DNA of 64,000 nt from NCBI RefSeq assembly GCF_006345805.1, contig NC_043012.1, forward strand, positions 930,001 through 994,000, read 5' to 3'. Shown here piece after piece: positions 1 to 12,581 of this stretch. The first letter of the stretch is position 1. Each line of letters starts with the position of its first letter. The stretch comes from Octopus sinensis. Lineage: Eukaryota. The notes below the pieces were generated by a model, which was not told the origin of the DNA, searched no databases, and saw nothing but the letters and a program-made list of their open reading frames with translations. Both the position numbers and the translations under genes were made by a program.

Positions 1-46
1 TGTGTGTGTGTGTACACATATGTATGAATATTTAAGTTCATATTGA

Positions 47-501
47 CACATACATACATACATACATACATACATACATACATACATACGTACATACATA
101 CATACATACATACATGCATACATACGTACATACATACATACATACATACATGCACACATACATACAAACATACATACATACATGCATACATACATGCATG
201 CATACATACATGCATGCATACATACATGCATACATACATACATACATACATACATACGTACATACATACATACATACATACACACAAACACATACATACA
301 TACATACATACATACATACATACATACATGCATACATACATACATGCATACATACATGCATGCATACATACATGCATACATACATACATACGTACATACA
401 TACATACATACATACGTACGTACATACATACATACATACATACACACATGCATGCATGCATACATACATACGTACATACATACATACATACGTACATACA
501 T

Positions 502-534
<33 letters not shown>

Positions 535-860
535 TACATACATACATACATACATGCATACATACATACATGCATACATACATGCATGCATACATACATG
601 CATACATACATACATACGTACATACATACATACATACATACGTACGTACATACATACATACATACATACATACATACGTACGTACACACATGCATGCATG
701 CATACATACATACGTACATACATACATACATACGTACATACATACATACATACATACACACACACAAACACATACATATATACATACATACATACATACA
801 TACGTACATACATACATACATACATACATACATAGATACATACATACATACATACACATA
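47..860. repeat. (CATA)n tetranucleotide microsatellite with CATG/CGTA variants
   Basis: Continuous tacatacata array; the overlapping ORFs are HTYI/MYVC repeat translations. Confidence 0.95.
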
Positions 861-1302
861 TGTATAATATTCCCTTCTCTGTGAGACTCTTTACAAAACC
901 AGTCCCCAACAGCCCACCATTACATCCCTCCAGACATGAAAATAACACAAAAGAAAAAGAAAAACAAAACAAAAACAAAAGAAAAATGTGCCCACACCCA
1001 CCTCCACAGAGCTTCATTCCTTTACAGTGAATTGTCCATTGCATAGATGACTGACCAACACTTGCTTATTGTCCAGTTTGTTGGGAGCTAACCAACAAAG
1101 TGACCAGAGACAGAAGTGGTGGGTTCAGGTGTGTGTATGTGGTGGTGGTAGTAGTGGTGGTGGTGGTGGGGGTGAAACAAAATACCAAAAGTAAACAAAA
1201 AGAAAAGAAGACGAAAGATAGACAAAGGGAAAAAAGATGACAAAGAAAACCTAGATGCAGAGAAATCAGTGTAAAGTTGTTTATTGTACAAATGTTTCAT
1301 TA

Positions 1303-1341
<39 letters not shown>

Positions 1342-1354
1342 GTATGTATGTATG

Positions 1355-1417
<63 letters not shown>

Positions 1418-1515
1418 ATAAATATATATATAGTATATATATGTATGCATATGTATATGCATATGTATATATATATATATATATATATATCTATATATAG
1501 ATATATATATATATG

Positions 1516-1555
<40 letters not shown>

Positions 1556-1624
1556 TGTATATATTATAGATTCATATGTATGTATGTGCATGCATATATA
1601 CATATATACATATATTACATATAT

Positions 1625-1658
<34 letters not shown>

Positions 1659-2469
1659 TGTATGTATGTATGTATGTATGTATGTGTGTATGTATGTGTG
1701 TATAGGAATTTTATTTTTACTTTCCCCACTGATAAATGAAATCTATTTATAAAGTTGTCGTAACTGTAACATATTTGGTGTTATGCATTGACTCGATGCA
1801 CTAAATATGCATTATAGAGTTTGCCATTAGCTAGATTTGCTTGTTTGTATGTTTTTGTTTTTGTATTTATATTTTGTTCTGATTTTGGCTTTTGTATTTT
1901 CGTATCTGTGTCGTTTAAGTTAAGCTGGCATGGGTTCAAGTAGTCATAGATATTTAATAATAGTTAGGCTGCAGGAAGCGAGATTTGGCAAGGGAGACAA
2001 CGAAAATATATCACTTGACTGAATGATTGAATGATGGAATAACGGAATGACAGAATCACTGAATAATTGTTCTAACTGTTGTTGTTGTTTAATTGTCAGT
2101 GCATTGGATAGATCTCTGCTGTTTGTTCTGACACCTAGTATCATGAGTTCATATCCCAGCAAGGTCAACTTTGCCATTTTTTTTTCTTTCTTTTGGTTTT
2201 AACAACAGATCACTAATCCAGACAAATGAATTGAGAGAACTGTAAGAGCATCAAACAGCTTTGCTTTTGCTATTCTGAGTTCAAATCTTACCAAGGTTTA
2301 TTCAGATGGCAGATATAATAAGTCACTCAATTTAATACTTGGGTGAGTTCAGCAGAGTCAACCCTGTTGCAAGTTTTCAGGCCAAGTCCCCAGTTTGAAG
2401 ATAACTTCATCCTTCCCCTCCAGTGTTTGAATGGATTTGGTAAATGGAAACTGAAAGAAGCCCATCTTT

Positions 2470-2503
<34 letters not shown>

Positions 2504-2506
2504 ATA

Positions 2507-2727
2507 TAGGGTGGCCCAAAAGTAGGTTTACAGTTATTTAACTATTTCTTTCACATTCATATATTAACAGTTTAGATTTTAATAATAAAAATATATGAAA
2601 ACATTATTCTATGCTAATTTAGTTAATTTTGCCAAGTTCCCTTTTCAGTTTGTAAGAGAGAAATGAAATGTTTTAAAACAAATTTGAAATGCCTATATGA
2701 TAACTGTAAACATACTTTTGGGCCACC

Positions 2728-2730
<3 letters not shown>
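2507..2730. mobile_element. Tc1/mariner-type MITE inserted in (TA)n
   Basis: ~30-bp TIRs: TAGGGTGGCCCAAAAGTAGGTTTACAGTTA (2507) vs reverse complement of 2701-2730, CAGGGTGGCCCAAAAGTATGTTTACAGTTA; TA on both flanks; AT-rich non-coding interior. Confidence 0.85.
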
Positions 2731-2787
<57 letters not shown>

Positions 2788-2821
2788 GTAAATTAATATG
2801 TTACTATTATTCAATAGCCAA

Positions 2822-2882
2822 GATAAAACTCTGAGTTTTGGATGCCAAAGTGAAAATCCACAACACCATCTCTTCGGTTATC
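2822..2882 (-). ncRNA. Hammerhead-ribozyme-like motif (CCGAAGA core, decayed GAAA) in a probable Penelope-like terminal fragment
   Basis: Minus strand: GATAA-CCGAAGA-GATG...CATCC-AAAA-CTC-A-GAGT-T-TTATC; stem I GATAA/TTATC, stem II GATG/CATC, stem III ACTC/GAGT. Confidence 0.45.
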
Positions 2883-2987
2883 GGGCCATCTTAATTTACA
2901 GATAAATTTCCTCTATTTACATAATATTGAGGTCTCTTTCTTTCTTTTGTTATCTTACTATTTTTACCAATATATATATATATAAAA

Positions 2988-3152
2988 GACGGGCTTCTTT
3001 CACTTTCCTTTTACTAAATCTATTCACAAGGCTTTGGTGGAACCAAAGTGAGGCTATAGCAGAAGACACTTGCCCAAGGTGTAACCCAATGGGATTGAAC
3101 CTGGAACCACGTAGTTAGGAAGCAAGCTTCTTACCACACAGCCATGCCTGCA
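2988..3152 (-). mobile_element. tRNA-derived SINE family A, 5' half
   Basis: Reverse complement of the head GCAGGAGTGGCTGTGTGGTAAG...GGTTCAGTCCC...CCTTGGGCAAGTGTCTTCT seen in full copies at 8761, 20029, 34262 and 41430. Confidence 0.8.
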
Positions 3153-3225
3153 CTTATGGTGAATCTTTTTCCAATGCTTGCAATTATACTATATCTGTGA
3201 TATGCCATTAATTATCATACCAATT

Positions 3226-3436
3226 AAGGTGGCAGAATCATGATAGTACCAGTCGAAATGTATAGTAGCACTCCTTTGAGATGTAATTCTGAGTTCAAAT
3301 CCTACCAAGGTAAATGTTGCTTTCCATTTTTATGGGATTGATAAAATAAGTATCAATTGAGCACTGGAATTGATTTCATTGTCTTACCCCTCCCCTCAAA
3401 ATTACTGGTTTGGATCTAAAACTTAGAAAGAATTAT
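3226..3436 (+). mobile_element. SINE family B, diverged
   Basis: TGGCAGAATC...TTCTGAGTTCAAAT...GATAAAATAAGTA...GCACTGG, collinear with the copy at 54711. Confidence 0.7.
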
Positions 3437-3449
3437 TAATAATACTAAA

Positions 3450-4008
3450 AATGGTTTCTAAAGTCTGAAATTTAGGGAAGCAGGGTAAGCTGTTTACGTC
3501 GACCCCAGTATGTGAATGGTACTAATTTCATTGATCACAAATGGCTGAGAGGTAAAGTCATAATAATATAATAATAATAATTGTGTACAGTGCTCAGGTG
3601 CACTACAACTCATCTAAAGTGTATATATAATCAGGTGTAGTTTCGGCGGATTTCGGAAAGCATGAGGGCCTTAAAGGATGCAGTGTCATGGCAGTCAACA
3701 ACTGACGCAGGCAGTTTATTCCATGCTTCAGCAACTCTGAGCGTGAAAAAATGTTAACGAAAGTCATGGGAGCTGTGTTGTTTTCTGACTTTGTAGGCAT
3801 GTCCACATGTGTTGGACACATGGAGATCAAAAAGGTGTTCAGTGTTGTTGTTGGTGAGGTGGTTGATAACTTTGTGGGTGTTTACCAAGTCCGTCGCCAG
3901 ACGCCGGAGCTTCATTTTGGTAGAATTTGAACTCAGAAGGTAAAGACGGGCGAAGTACTGCAAAGCATTTTGTCTGGTATGTTAATGATTTTGCCAGCTG
4001 GCCACCTT
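3450..4008 (-). mobile_element. SINE family B interrupted by a CR1-type LINE fragment
   Basis: SINE B sequence stops at ...GGTAAAGTCA (3560) and resumes at TTTTGGTAGAATTTGAACTCAG (~3915), running to GCCAGCTGGCCACCTT. Confidence 0.7.
3561..3914 (-). pseudogene. CR1-group LINE 3' end (ORF2 C-terminus, 3' UTR, (ATT)n tail)
   Basis: Translates ...LRRLATDLVNTHKVIN...GHAYKVRKQHSSHDFR*HFFTLRVAEAWNKLPASVVDCHDTASFKALML; matches the CR1 pattern GHxxK...FFxxRVxxxWNxLP; stop at 3631-3633. Confidence 0.85.
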
Positions 4009-4061
4009 AATAATGATAATAATAATGATGGTGATTATAATAATAATAAAAATAATTATAG

Positions 4062-4277
4062 TTTTTTCTACTTGAAGTACAAGGGCCCCAAATTTGGGGG
4101 AAGGGATTAAGTCGATTACATCGACACCAGTACATAACTGGTGCTTATTCAATTGACCCTGAAAAAATGAAAGGCAAAGTTGACTTTCATGGAATTTGAA
4201 CTCAGGACGTAGCGGCAGACGAATTACTGCTAAGTATTTCGCCTGGTTTGCTAACGATTCTGCCAGCTCACCACCCT
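4062..4277 (-). mobile_element. SINE family B
   Basis: GAAAGGCAAAGTTGAC...GGAATTTGAACTCAG...GCTAACGATTCTGCCAGCTCACCACC is the reverse complement of the family B head. Confidence 0.85.
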
Positions 4278-5304
4278 AATAATAAAATAATAATGATGCT
4301 GATTATAATAATAATAGTAATAGTAATAATAATAATAATAACAATAATAATAGTAATAATAATAATTGTTATTATTATTATTTTTATTATTATTATTATG
4401 GAAATGTAATAATAAGGATAATAAGCAAAGAGTTAATTTAACAAGAGATAAGAGACAAATGGTTGGATATTGCAAATACAACAGGACAGAAGCCAAAAAA
4501 ATAAAATTTCATGCATCGTCAATGATCGGTTGTTCCATGTATTGAGTTGCAAGTTTTGCCAATAGATTGCGCCGCTGATATCTCTGAAAAGCAATAATGG
4601 AATAGATAGATAACACTCATTGTTTCATAATTAACCCAAAGTTAAATTTGGCTTCCAATCTTGCCTTGTTTCCATTCTAACCCCCACCCCTACCCCCATC
4701 CATGCAACATTATTGTTTTTATTTTATTTATTTTTATTTTAGTTTTTTTTTAGTTTTTATATTAGTTTCTAATTAATGGTTTGTGAAAGATAAATAAAGA
4801 AATGAATAGTAAACAAATTATTTAATTAACGATATATATGTATATATGCGTGTATATATATATATATTTATATGTATATATATGTATATATAGATAGATA
4901 GATAGATATAGATGTAGATATAGATATTATATATATATATATATATATAAATATAATGATTTATAAATAAACGAATATAATTGAGAAATTTTTCTACTCC
5001 CCCGCCATCACCACCAGCATTCCTGAAATCCTTGTTCTCTGCTCTGATTGGTCAATTTTCTCTCTCTGTGGACTTGCATGAGAGAAGCTACAAAAGGTAC
5101 AATGGTGATTCTATCATTGATATGGCCTTCACAGAAATAAATTTTTGTAATAAACATAACATATTGCATTTAACACCACTGACAGATCAATAGCATTCCA
5201 GCCATGACCAATACCTCAGTTCCTATTTGGTTGTGGTGGTGGTGGTGGTGGTTGGCGGGGGGAATATGGGTTGTATATTGGACCATGGGTTGTATATAGG
5301 ACCA

Positions 5305-5600
5305 ATATGGCTAAATAGTTAAGAAGCTTACTTTGCAGTCATGATGTCCTGAGTTCAATTCCAGTATGTGGCACATTGAGCAATTGTTATTTTTTTTATA
5401 ACCTTGGGTTGCCTCATACCTTGTGAGTGTAATTAGGTAAATGGAAACAGTACAGAATCCTATCCCATGGATTACCTGTAATTCAAAATGTATCGCCTTG
5501 TTGCTTAAGGGTACATGTATATGTCTGTGGAATTCTGAGTCACTTACACATTAATTCAGAGAAATCATAATTCATTTGATCAATCAACTGAATCCTCATG
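5305..5600 (+). mobile_element. Chimeric old SINE: family A head joined to family D2 tail
   Basis: Head (GAGTTCAATTCC...CCTTGTGAGTG...ATGGAAAC) followed by TTAAGGGTACA...GTCTGTGGA...CACTTACACATTAATT, as in the D2 tail at 61649-61830. Confidence 0.55.
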
Positions 5601-5617
5601 ACCTAAGTCACATGTGT

Positions 5618-5642
5618 ATCATCCTCATCCTCATCCTCATCC

Positions 5643-5688
<46 letters not shown>

Positions 5689-5850
5689 TTAACATCCGTT
5701 TTCCATTCTAGTATGGGTTGGACAGTTTAACAGAAAACTGGTAAGCTGGAGAGCTGCACCAGGTTCCAATCTGGTTTGGTATAGTTTCTACACCTGGATG
5801 CCCTTCCTAACGCCAACATTCCAAGAGTGTAATGGGTGCTTTTTATGTGT
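5618..5850 (-). mobile_element. RTE-LINE 3' UTR fragment (family C) with (GAT)n tail
   Basis: (CAT)n-TTTAACATCCGTTTTCCAT...GGATGCCCTTCCTAACGCCAAC...GGGTGCTTTTTATGTG. Confidence 0.75.
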
Positions 5851-6029
5851 ACATAGATTCTTCTCAATTTCTGTCTATAAAATATCCTTCCAAGGATTTG
5901 GTCACCCCCATGGCAATTCAGGCAGTAGGGCCAAATCTGGAACCACATGGTTAGAAAGTACACTTTTAAATCACACAGTCATGCCTGCACTTTTGTATGT
6001 ATGTGCGTGTGTGTGTATGTGTGTGTGTG

Positions 6030-6400
6030 TGTGCATATGTGTTCTTCTGTGTGTGTATGTGCATGTGTGTTCTTCTGTGTGTGTGTGTGTGCATATGTAT
6101 TCTTCTGCATGTGTGTGTGTGTGTGTATATCTGTTCTTCTGTGTGTGTGTGTGTGTGCATATGTGTTCTGTGTGTGTGTGTGTGTGTATGTGGGGGGTGC
6201 ATATGTGTTCTGTGTGCGTGTGTATGTGTGTATGTGTGAATATGTGTTGTTCTGTGTGTGTGTGTGTATGTGCACATATGTGTTCTGTGTACGTATGTGT
6301 GTGTGTATGTGCACATATGTGTTCTGTGTACGTATGTGTGTGCATCTGTGTTCTTCTGTGTGTGTGTGTATGTGTGAATATGTGTTCTTCTGTGTGTGCG
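6030..6400. repeat. ~28-bp minisatellite (GCATATGTGTTCTTCTGTGTGTGTGT) grown from (TG)n
   Basis: About a dozen imperfect copies of catatgtgttc(ttc)tgtgtg. Confidence 0.75.
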
Positions 6401-6419
6401 TTCATGAATGTCTGCAACT

Positions 6420-6650
6420 GAAGGTAGAGGTACAGTGTCTTCTCAAGTCTTACCGACTCATAAGGTCCAGTTCCTTGGTCTCCATGCCATATAGATTCCC
6501 CACCAGGAAGCAGGATCACTCAGTTTTGCCAGATGAGCAGACTGGAGCAATGTTAAATGAAGTGTTTTGCTCAAGAACACAATGCATCGCCCAGTCCAGG
6601 AATCAAAACCACAATCTTACAATCACGGGTCCTACACACTAACCCCTAAC
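6420..6650 (-). mobile_element. tRNA-derived SINE family E (CORE-like middle)
   Basis: Reverse complement contains GTGTTCTTGAGCAAAACACTTCATTTAACATTGCTCCAG; similar pieces at 40760-40878 and 52655-52895. Confidence 0.6.
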
Positions 6651-6889
6651 CCACATGTCTCCATAATGTATACAACTACATGCATATGTATAAATATCGG
6701 AGAAATGACAATAATCACAAGTTTGTATTATTTTTTCCTACATTGTGGTTATTTGGAACTCTGCACTGGATGTTCCGAGTGCAATTGTATGCTTAACAAC
6801 AACATGTATATCTGTATGTATGTTTGTATATATGAATATATCACATATATATTATGTTTTGCTATTTATACATGTATGTGCTTGTGGGC

Positions 6890-7212
6890 TCCAAAAAGAG
6901 TCTCAGGAAATAGTGTCCCTGCCTTCCTGAGCTAGTTTTCCACCACATTTCTTAAAAATCGTGGTAGAAGCCTTAGTCCCGGGACTACTCATGTCTAGAA
7001 ACTGAGGTTGGGGGTAATCAAGGGGATGCTCCCCATAAAAAAATTCAGCTCTAAAGAAGCCTCATGATAGCAAGGGAGAATGGGCACCAGCCAGCCCAAA
7101 GTTTCGGCTAGGCTGCACCTTCCTGCCTCAGCTGCTAGAGTATGGAGTTAGATCCAGCTACCCCCGTTAATGGGGGCAAAACCCTGGTTTAAAACACTAG
7201 ATGATGAGGATT
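6890..7212 (+). mobile_element. Unclassified GC-richer interspersed repeat ending in GATGATGA
   Basis: Abrupt compositional shift inside a TG/TA microsatellite; short GAT tail; no ORF. Confidence 0.35.
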
Positions 7213-7999
7213 TACACATGCATGTATATATATGTATATATGTGTATGAGTGTGTGTGTGCATACACATCAGCATGCACACGCATACAAATACAGGTAAA
7301 CGCACACACAGGAACACGTTGCTCTTTTACATCCATATCTCCAAAAGCGCATGGGTGAGCGGATTTCTCTGTTGGATCAATTGTTTTTCACAATTGGATG
7401 CCTAAACTGCTTCTAACCAGTCAACTGTGATGCATTGTTCTATTTTGTTCAGTGATGCAAAATTATGTGCATTGCTCAGGTGCACAATGCAATAACAGTA
7501 ATGAAATCAAAACTCATCTGGATATGGTCAGTCAGCCAGCTCTGTAACTATGCTTCCGTGTGTATGTGCACGTGTGCATGCATGTATGTGTAAGTATTGG
7601 CCTGGTGGGGTTTATATGCACATGGATATAAGCATATATATGTATATATATATATATATACATACATGCACACACATATGCATATGTATATTAATATATG
7701 CATACATCTACACACACACACATATATATATATATACATATATAACAGTACAAATCAATTTATATGTCCGCGTGTGTGAGTGTGTGTTGTGTGTGTGTAT
7801 ATGTGTGTGCGTGTGTGTATATAAAAAATCATAATCATTTTAATATGTATTCTTCCATGCTTGCATGGGTCAGACACACATACACATGCACACAAGCACA
7901 TACATGTGTAGATATCAAAACATAACATATATGTGATATATTCATATATACATACATGCATATATACATATAGATATATAGATATATATATGTATGTGT

Positions 8000-8055
<56 letters not shown>

Positions 8056-8060
8056 ATATA

Positions 8061-8098
<38 letters not shown>

Positions 8099-8099
8099 T

Positions 8100-8132
<33 letters not shown>

Positions 8133-8133
8133 G

Positions 8134-8191
<58 letters not shown>

Positions 8192-8212
8192 TAGATATAT
8201 ATATGTTTGTAT

Positions 8213-8417
8213 GTGACCGCGTGTGTACCATTGGCAATTTTTTTTCCTCTGTCTTCCCTTCTTCGGATCTTTCCTTCTCCTATGTTTCCGACGAAGAGCT
8301 CTGCTCGAAACGTTAAACCCTCCTTCTTCCCTTCCTTCCTGAGCGTCCAATAATACTATATTTGTTCCACGTCCTCGCGTTGTGTTTTCTTTTTGTTTTT
8401 TCATGTTTGGATTAACT
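8213..8417 (+). mobile_element. Penelope-like terminal fragment with minimal hammerhead motif (8284-8318)
   Basis: GTTT-CCGACGA-A-GAGC-TCT-GCTC-GAAA-CGT-T-AAAC; flanked by TA/TG repeats; homologous to 43286-43500 and 35960-36120. Confidence 0.65.
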
Positions 8418-8422
8418 TTATG

Positions 8423-8481
<59 letters not shown>

Positions 8482-8760
8482 TGATATTGATATACTGTAT
8501 ACTAGATTAATAACAAGAAGAGCAAAGGAGTGTGGTTTATGAATAAAGAAATGGTGTTTTTTATGATTAAGAGCCACATATATATCTGTGTCGTTAAGAA
8601 ATTCACTTTACTAATATTTAACCCCAGGCTGAGTCCCACTACACGATACTTTGAACCATTACCCTCCACTACAGCTGCAGTCCAAATAATGTATTGTGAG
8701 GTTTCATAACTTACTATTAGTACAATACCAAACAGCTGAAATATGTCCCAGACTTATAGA

Positions 8761-9168
8761 TACTCTTTTACTCTTTTACTTGTTTCAGTCATTTGACTGC
8801 AGCCATGCTGGAGCACCACATTTTTAATCGAGCAACTCGACCCCGCGACTTATTCTTTTGTAAGCCCAGTACTTATTCTATCGGTCTCTTTTGCTGAACT
8901 GTTAAGTAACGGAGACATAAACACACCAGCATCGGTTGTCAAGCAATGCTAGGGGGACAAACACAGACACACAAACACACACACGCATATATATATACAT
9001 ATATACGACAGGCTTCTTTCAGTTTCCGTCTACCAAATCCACTCACAAGGGTTTGGTAGGCCTGAGGCTATAGTAGAAGGCACTTGCCCAAAGTGCCACG
9101 CAGTGGGACTGAACCCGGAACCATGTGGTTGGTAAACAAGCTACTTATCACACAGCCACTCCTGCGCC
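8761..9168 (-). mobile_element. SINE family A, full length
   Basis: A-box-like TGGCTGTGTG and B-box-like GGTTCAGTCCC head, internal (TA/TG) tract, tail ...ATGACTGAAACAAGTAAAAGAGTAAAAGAGTA. Confidence 0.9.
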
Positions 9169-9315
9169 TAAATGTGTAAGAGAGATGATACAATCATCTA
9201 TAATCTGCCAATCTAGTGCCCCAGCATGGCCTCATTCAAGTAGCTAAAATATGTAAACAAGTAAGCAGAAATATAATTCATGTCACTATAAAATTATATC
9301 CCTTTATTAAATCTA

Positions 9316-9869
9316 TTGGGTTGTCCGAAAAGTTCATGGCGATTTTTAAAGGAAAGAAAAAGTCAATAAATACTTGCCATTACATTTTTAATCAACCAAA
9401 TATGAACGATTTTGTTGCACAATGCGTCTCCATCTTTCCTTTAACTTGAAAATACTCTCTTCCCAGAATTGAGGTGGTTTCATGGCAAAGAATTCATCAA
9501 GGTATCTTTTCACGTCATCCAAGGAATTGAAATTTTTACCATTAAGACTATTCTGCAGAGACCTGAATAAGTAGAAATCTGAAGGAGCAATATCTGGTGA
9601 ATATGAAGGGTGGGGTAACGCATCCCTGCCTAGCTGCAGCAATTTTTGTCTGGTTCCCAAAGCATCAAGTGCCGAAAATGAACTTTCGTATTTTCTATTT
9701 TAAAGCGATACAGAATTAACACAGGTTATAGGAACATAAACCTTCTTCCACGAAAAGATAGCTTAAATTGTGTTCTAAATGGACCCCTATTTTATGGACT
9801 CAACCATGTTCTAAAATAAGTTGAAAGGTAAGCTATTATAAACCGGCATGAACTTTCTGGACAACCCAA
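9316..9869 (-). mobile_element. Internally deleted mariner (DD34D) transposon
   Basis: TIRs TTGGGTTGTCCGAAAAGTTCATG / TTGGGTTGTCCAGAAAGTTCATG with TA TSDs (9314-9315, 9870-9871); transposase C-terminus PHPSYSPDIAPSDFYLFRSL (9388-9660) and N-terminal stub ENTKVHFRHLMLWE. Confidence 0.93.
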
Positions 9870-10214
9870 TATTTCGTGTTTGACAGCTTGGAATTTAGAG
9901 ACACACTTCAGCAGGTTTCTTCTGTTTTATAACTCATCAGAGATTGAAATTGCTTATCTTTGTCTTTCAGGTAGCTAGTGAAGATAAGGGAAGAAGATCT
10001 ATTTATTGAAGAAGTAAACAAAATTATGACTAGCACAGCTTTGTTTCCATAAATGTTATGAGCGTTGGTGGATTGTCATTGATTGATTAGATCAATAATA
10101 AAGTCGTTACACCTACACAGTTACCTGGGTTATACTCCCACACACATACACACATATATATATGTGAGAAAGTGAGAGAGTGAATGACATGTTTAGCCTT
10201 ATTATCCTAGATAA

Positions 10215-10420
10215 AAGTGGTGTTAGCATGCCGGACAAAATGCTTAGAGGCTTTTCATCAGTCTTTACGTTTTGAGTTCAAATTCTGTCAACGACAATTT
10301 TGCCTTTCATACTTTGGGGTCAATAAGATAAGTACTAGTTAAGCATTGGGGTCAATGTAAGTGAGTTATCTCCTCCTCCACTCTTTCTGGCCTTCTGCCA
10401 AAAATTTGAAATCAATATTA
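10215..10420 (+). mobile_element. SINE family B, diverged
   Basis: GTTAGCATGCCGGACAAAATGCTTAG...TGAGTTCAAATTC...TTTGCCTTTCAT...GGGGTCAATAA. Confidence 0.75.
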
Positions 10421-10424
10421 TTTT

Positions 10425-10830
10425 CCTGCCATGTCTTCTCCCTGCATCCATGACTTGTCTTTTCAAAACCCTCCAGTTTTCCCTTTGTGCGGCATGCATA
10501 CAATTAGCAAGGTTCTTGTTTTCAGTCCATCCTTTAAAGCCACGTCAATCTACAAACATCTTTGATATCCTCTTGTTCTCTTCCACTCACCACTTCTGCC
10601 AGGGTGGTCTTGGGTGGTAACTCGTGGTGCACTGTATGTCTAAAATATGATACTTTTGTGGATGATACTTGATTCTCAACAATATGTGTTTTAGATTTTC
10701 AGCTTTTCTAGTACTGCAGCTTTTGCTACCATATCCTTCTAGCTTATCCTGCCTGATCTACGTAACATCCACATTTCAAAGGCTTCTATTTTTTTTTTTT
10801 TTACTCCAGAGCCATATACATTGTCCAAGG
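10425..10830 (-). pseudogene. Old RTE-clade LINE RT C-terminal remnant
   Basis: IEAFEMWMLRRSGRIS* followed by degenerate KVSYFRH, KRTRG and AAQRENWR in shifting frames. Confidence 0.7.
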
Positions 10831-12535
10831 TCCTATGTCTGAGATAAAAAAAAAAAAAATAACAAGATTGGAGGTGAAGATTGGAGATATAGACCTGCTG
10901 AATGTAGGCTAACACAGGGCTAAATACCATCACCACCACCATGAAAGCAGCAGCAACAACAACAACAACAACAACAACAACAAGAATGGCAGCACTTAAA
11001 TCTGTGCCACACAAAATCTTGTAAAATAAAAACATTTGATTAGTATTAACGTTGTTATCTCTATCTCCATATTAGGAAGCCATATTGATTATCCTGTTGT
11101 TGTTGGTAGTGGTGTTGTTGTTATTATTGTTATTGCTATTCCTGCTGTTTATGTGAAATATGATTTTTTTTATATATTTTTTTAGAATTATTTCTGAGAT
11201 TCCAAATTACATAGTTTGATTAAGGAATCTTTATTATAGACATTAAGACAATTTTCTTTTTTTATTTCGTTATTATAATCTATGTGCTTTTTTTCATTAT
11301 TCATTTTGTGTGTGTGTACCTATGTGAATTTTATGCTTCTGCATGTACGTTCTTGTGTGTCTGCATCTCGTCTTGTTTACATTTGTGTGCACAAACATGC
11401 ACATACACACTCACAGAGATTCTGTGTACATGCATATATATATATATATATATGCAAGTCTGTTTGTATATGCACATGCATCTATGCATCTATCTCCAAG
11501 TGTTGGCATTTCATATGTTTGTGCATACACAAACATATGCATGTATATGTGTGTGTGTGTCTATGTGTGTGTGTGTGTATGAGTGTGTGTTTCTAAGCAT
11601 GTTTTTGCATATACATCTGTTTGTTTATTTCTTTATAAGTCTGCATACACACATATGTATATGTGTGTGTGAATGTGTGTGTGTGTGTGTGTGTATACAT
11701 GTGTGAGTGTATGTGCATGTCCTAATTATGTTTCTAGAAGTATAGGTGTGTGTGTGTGTGTGTGTGTGAATGTTTGCGTGTATGTATACATGCATGTGTG
11801 TATGTATACGTCTAATTATGTTTCTAGAAGTACAATGTGTGTTTGCACATGCCTGTGTGTGTGTGTCTGTGTGTGTGTGTGAATGTGTATGTGTATGTAT
11901 GTATACATGTGTGTATATATATATATATATGTCTAATTATGTTTCTAGAAGTACAGATGTGTATTTATGCATTTGTGCGCGTGTGCATATGTCTGTATGC
12001 GTGCGTGCAAGAGCATGGAGATATGTTTGTGTTTCGTTGCTCTCACACACACACGTGTGTGTGTTTGCGTGTATTTATAAATCCACATGTGCTTGTGTGT
12101 GTGTGTCTCTGTGTATATACCATTAACGTGTCTCTATCCATGCATGTTGTTTTCTACTTTAAGCAGTGAGATGAACAATTTAAAACGTTTCGCTTCCAAA
12201 ATTGGCTTCCATAATTAAGTATCACAAACATTATTGCCTTCACTTCTTCTTCACCATCCTCATCATTACTATCCCATCCCCATCACTCACCACTGTCATC
12301 ATCAACATCATCGTCATCATCGTCATCACCACCAACATCAACACCAGCACCACCACCACCACCAACAACAACTATGACTACAATCACCACCAACACCACC
12401 ATTGCCATCATATTCACCATCACCATCATCATCATCATCATCATCATCTGAGATCTCCCTCCCCTTTCCTATCCTCATCATTATCTGCCATAATTGTTAT
12501 GGTGCCTATGTTGCAATAGTCAATAGTAATGATTA

Positions 12536-12581
<46 letters not shown>

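Noticed and set aside
38-884. Long ORFs (217-274 aa) on both strands, and similar YI/CV/poly-I/poly-H ORFs throughout the window
   Set aside because: They are translations of stop-free microsatellites with no domain content.
9905-9945. CTGATGA...GAAA on the minus strand as a hammerhead
   Set aside because: Stem II is not adjacent to GAAA, and no stem III, UH site or stem I closes.
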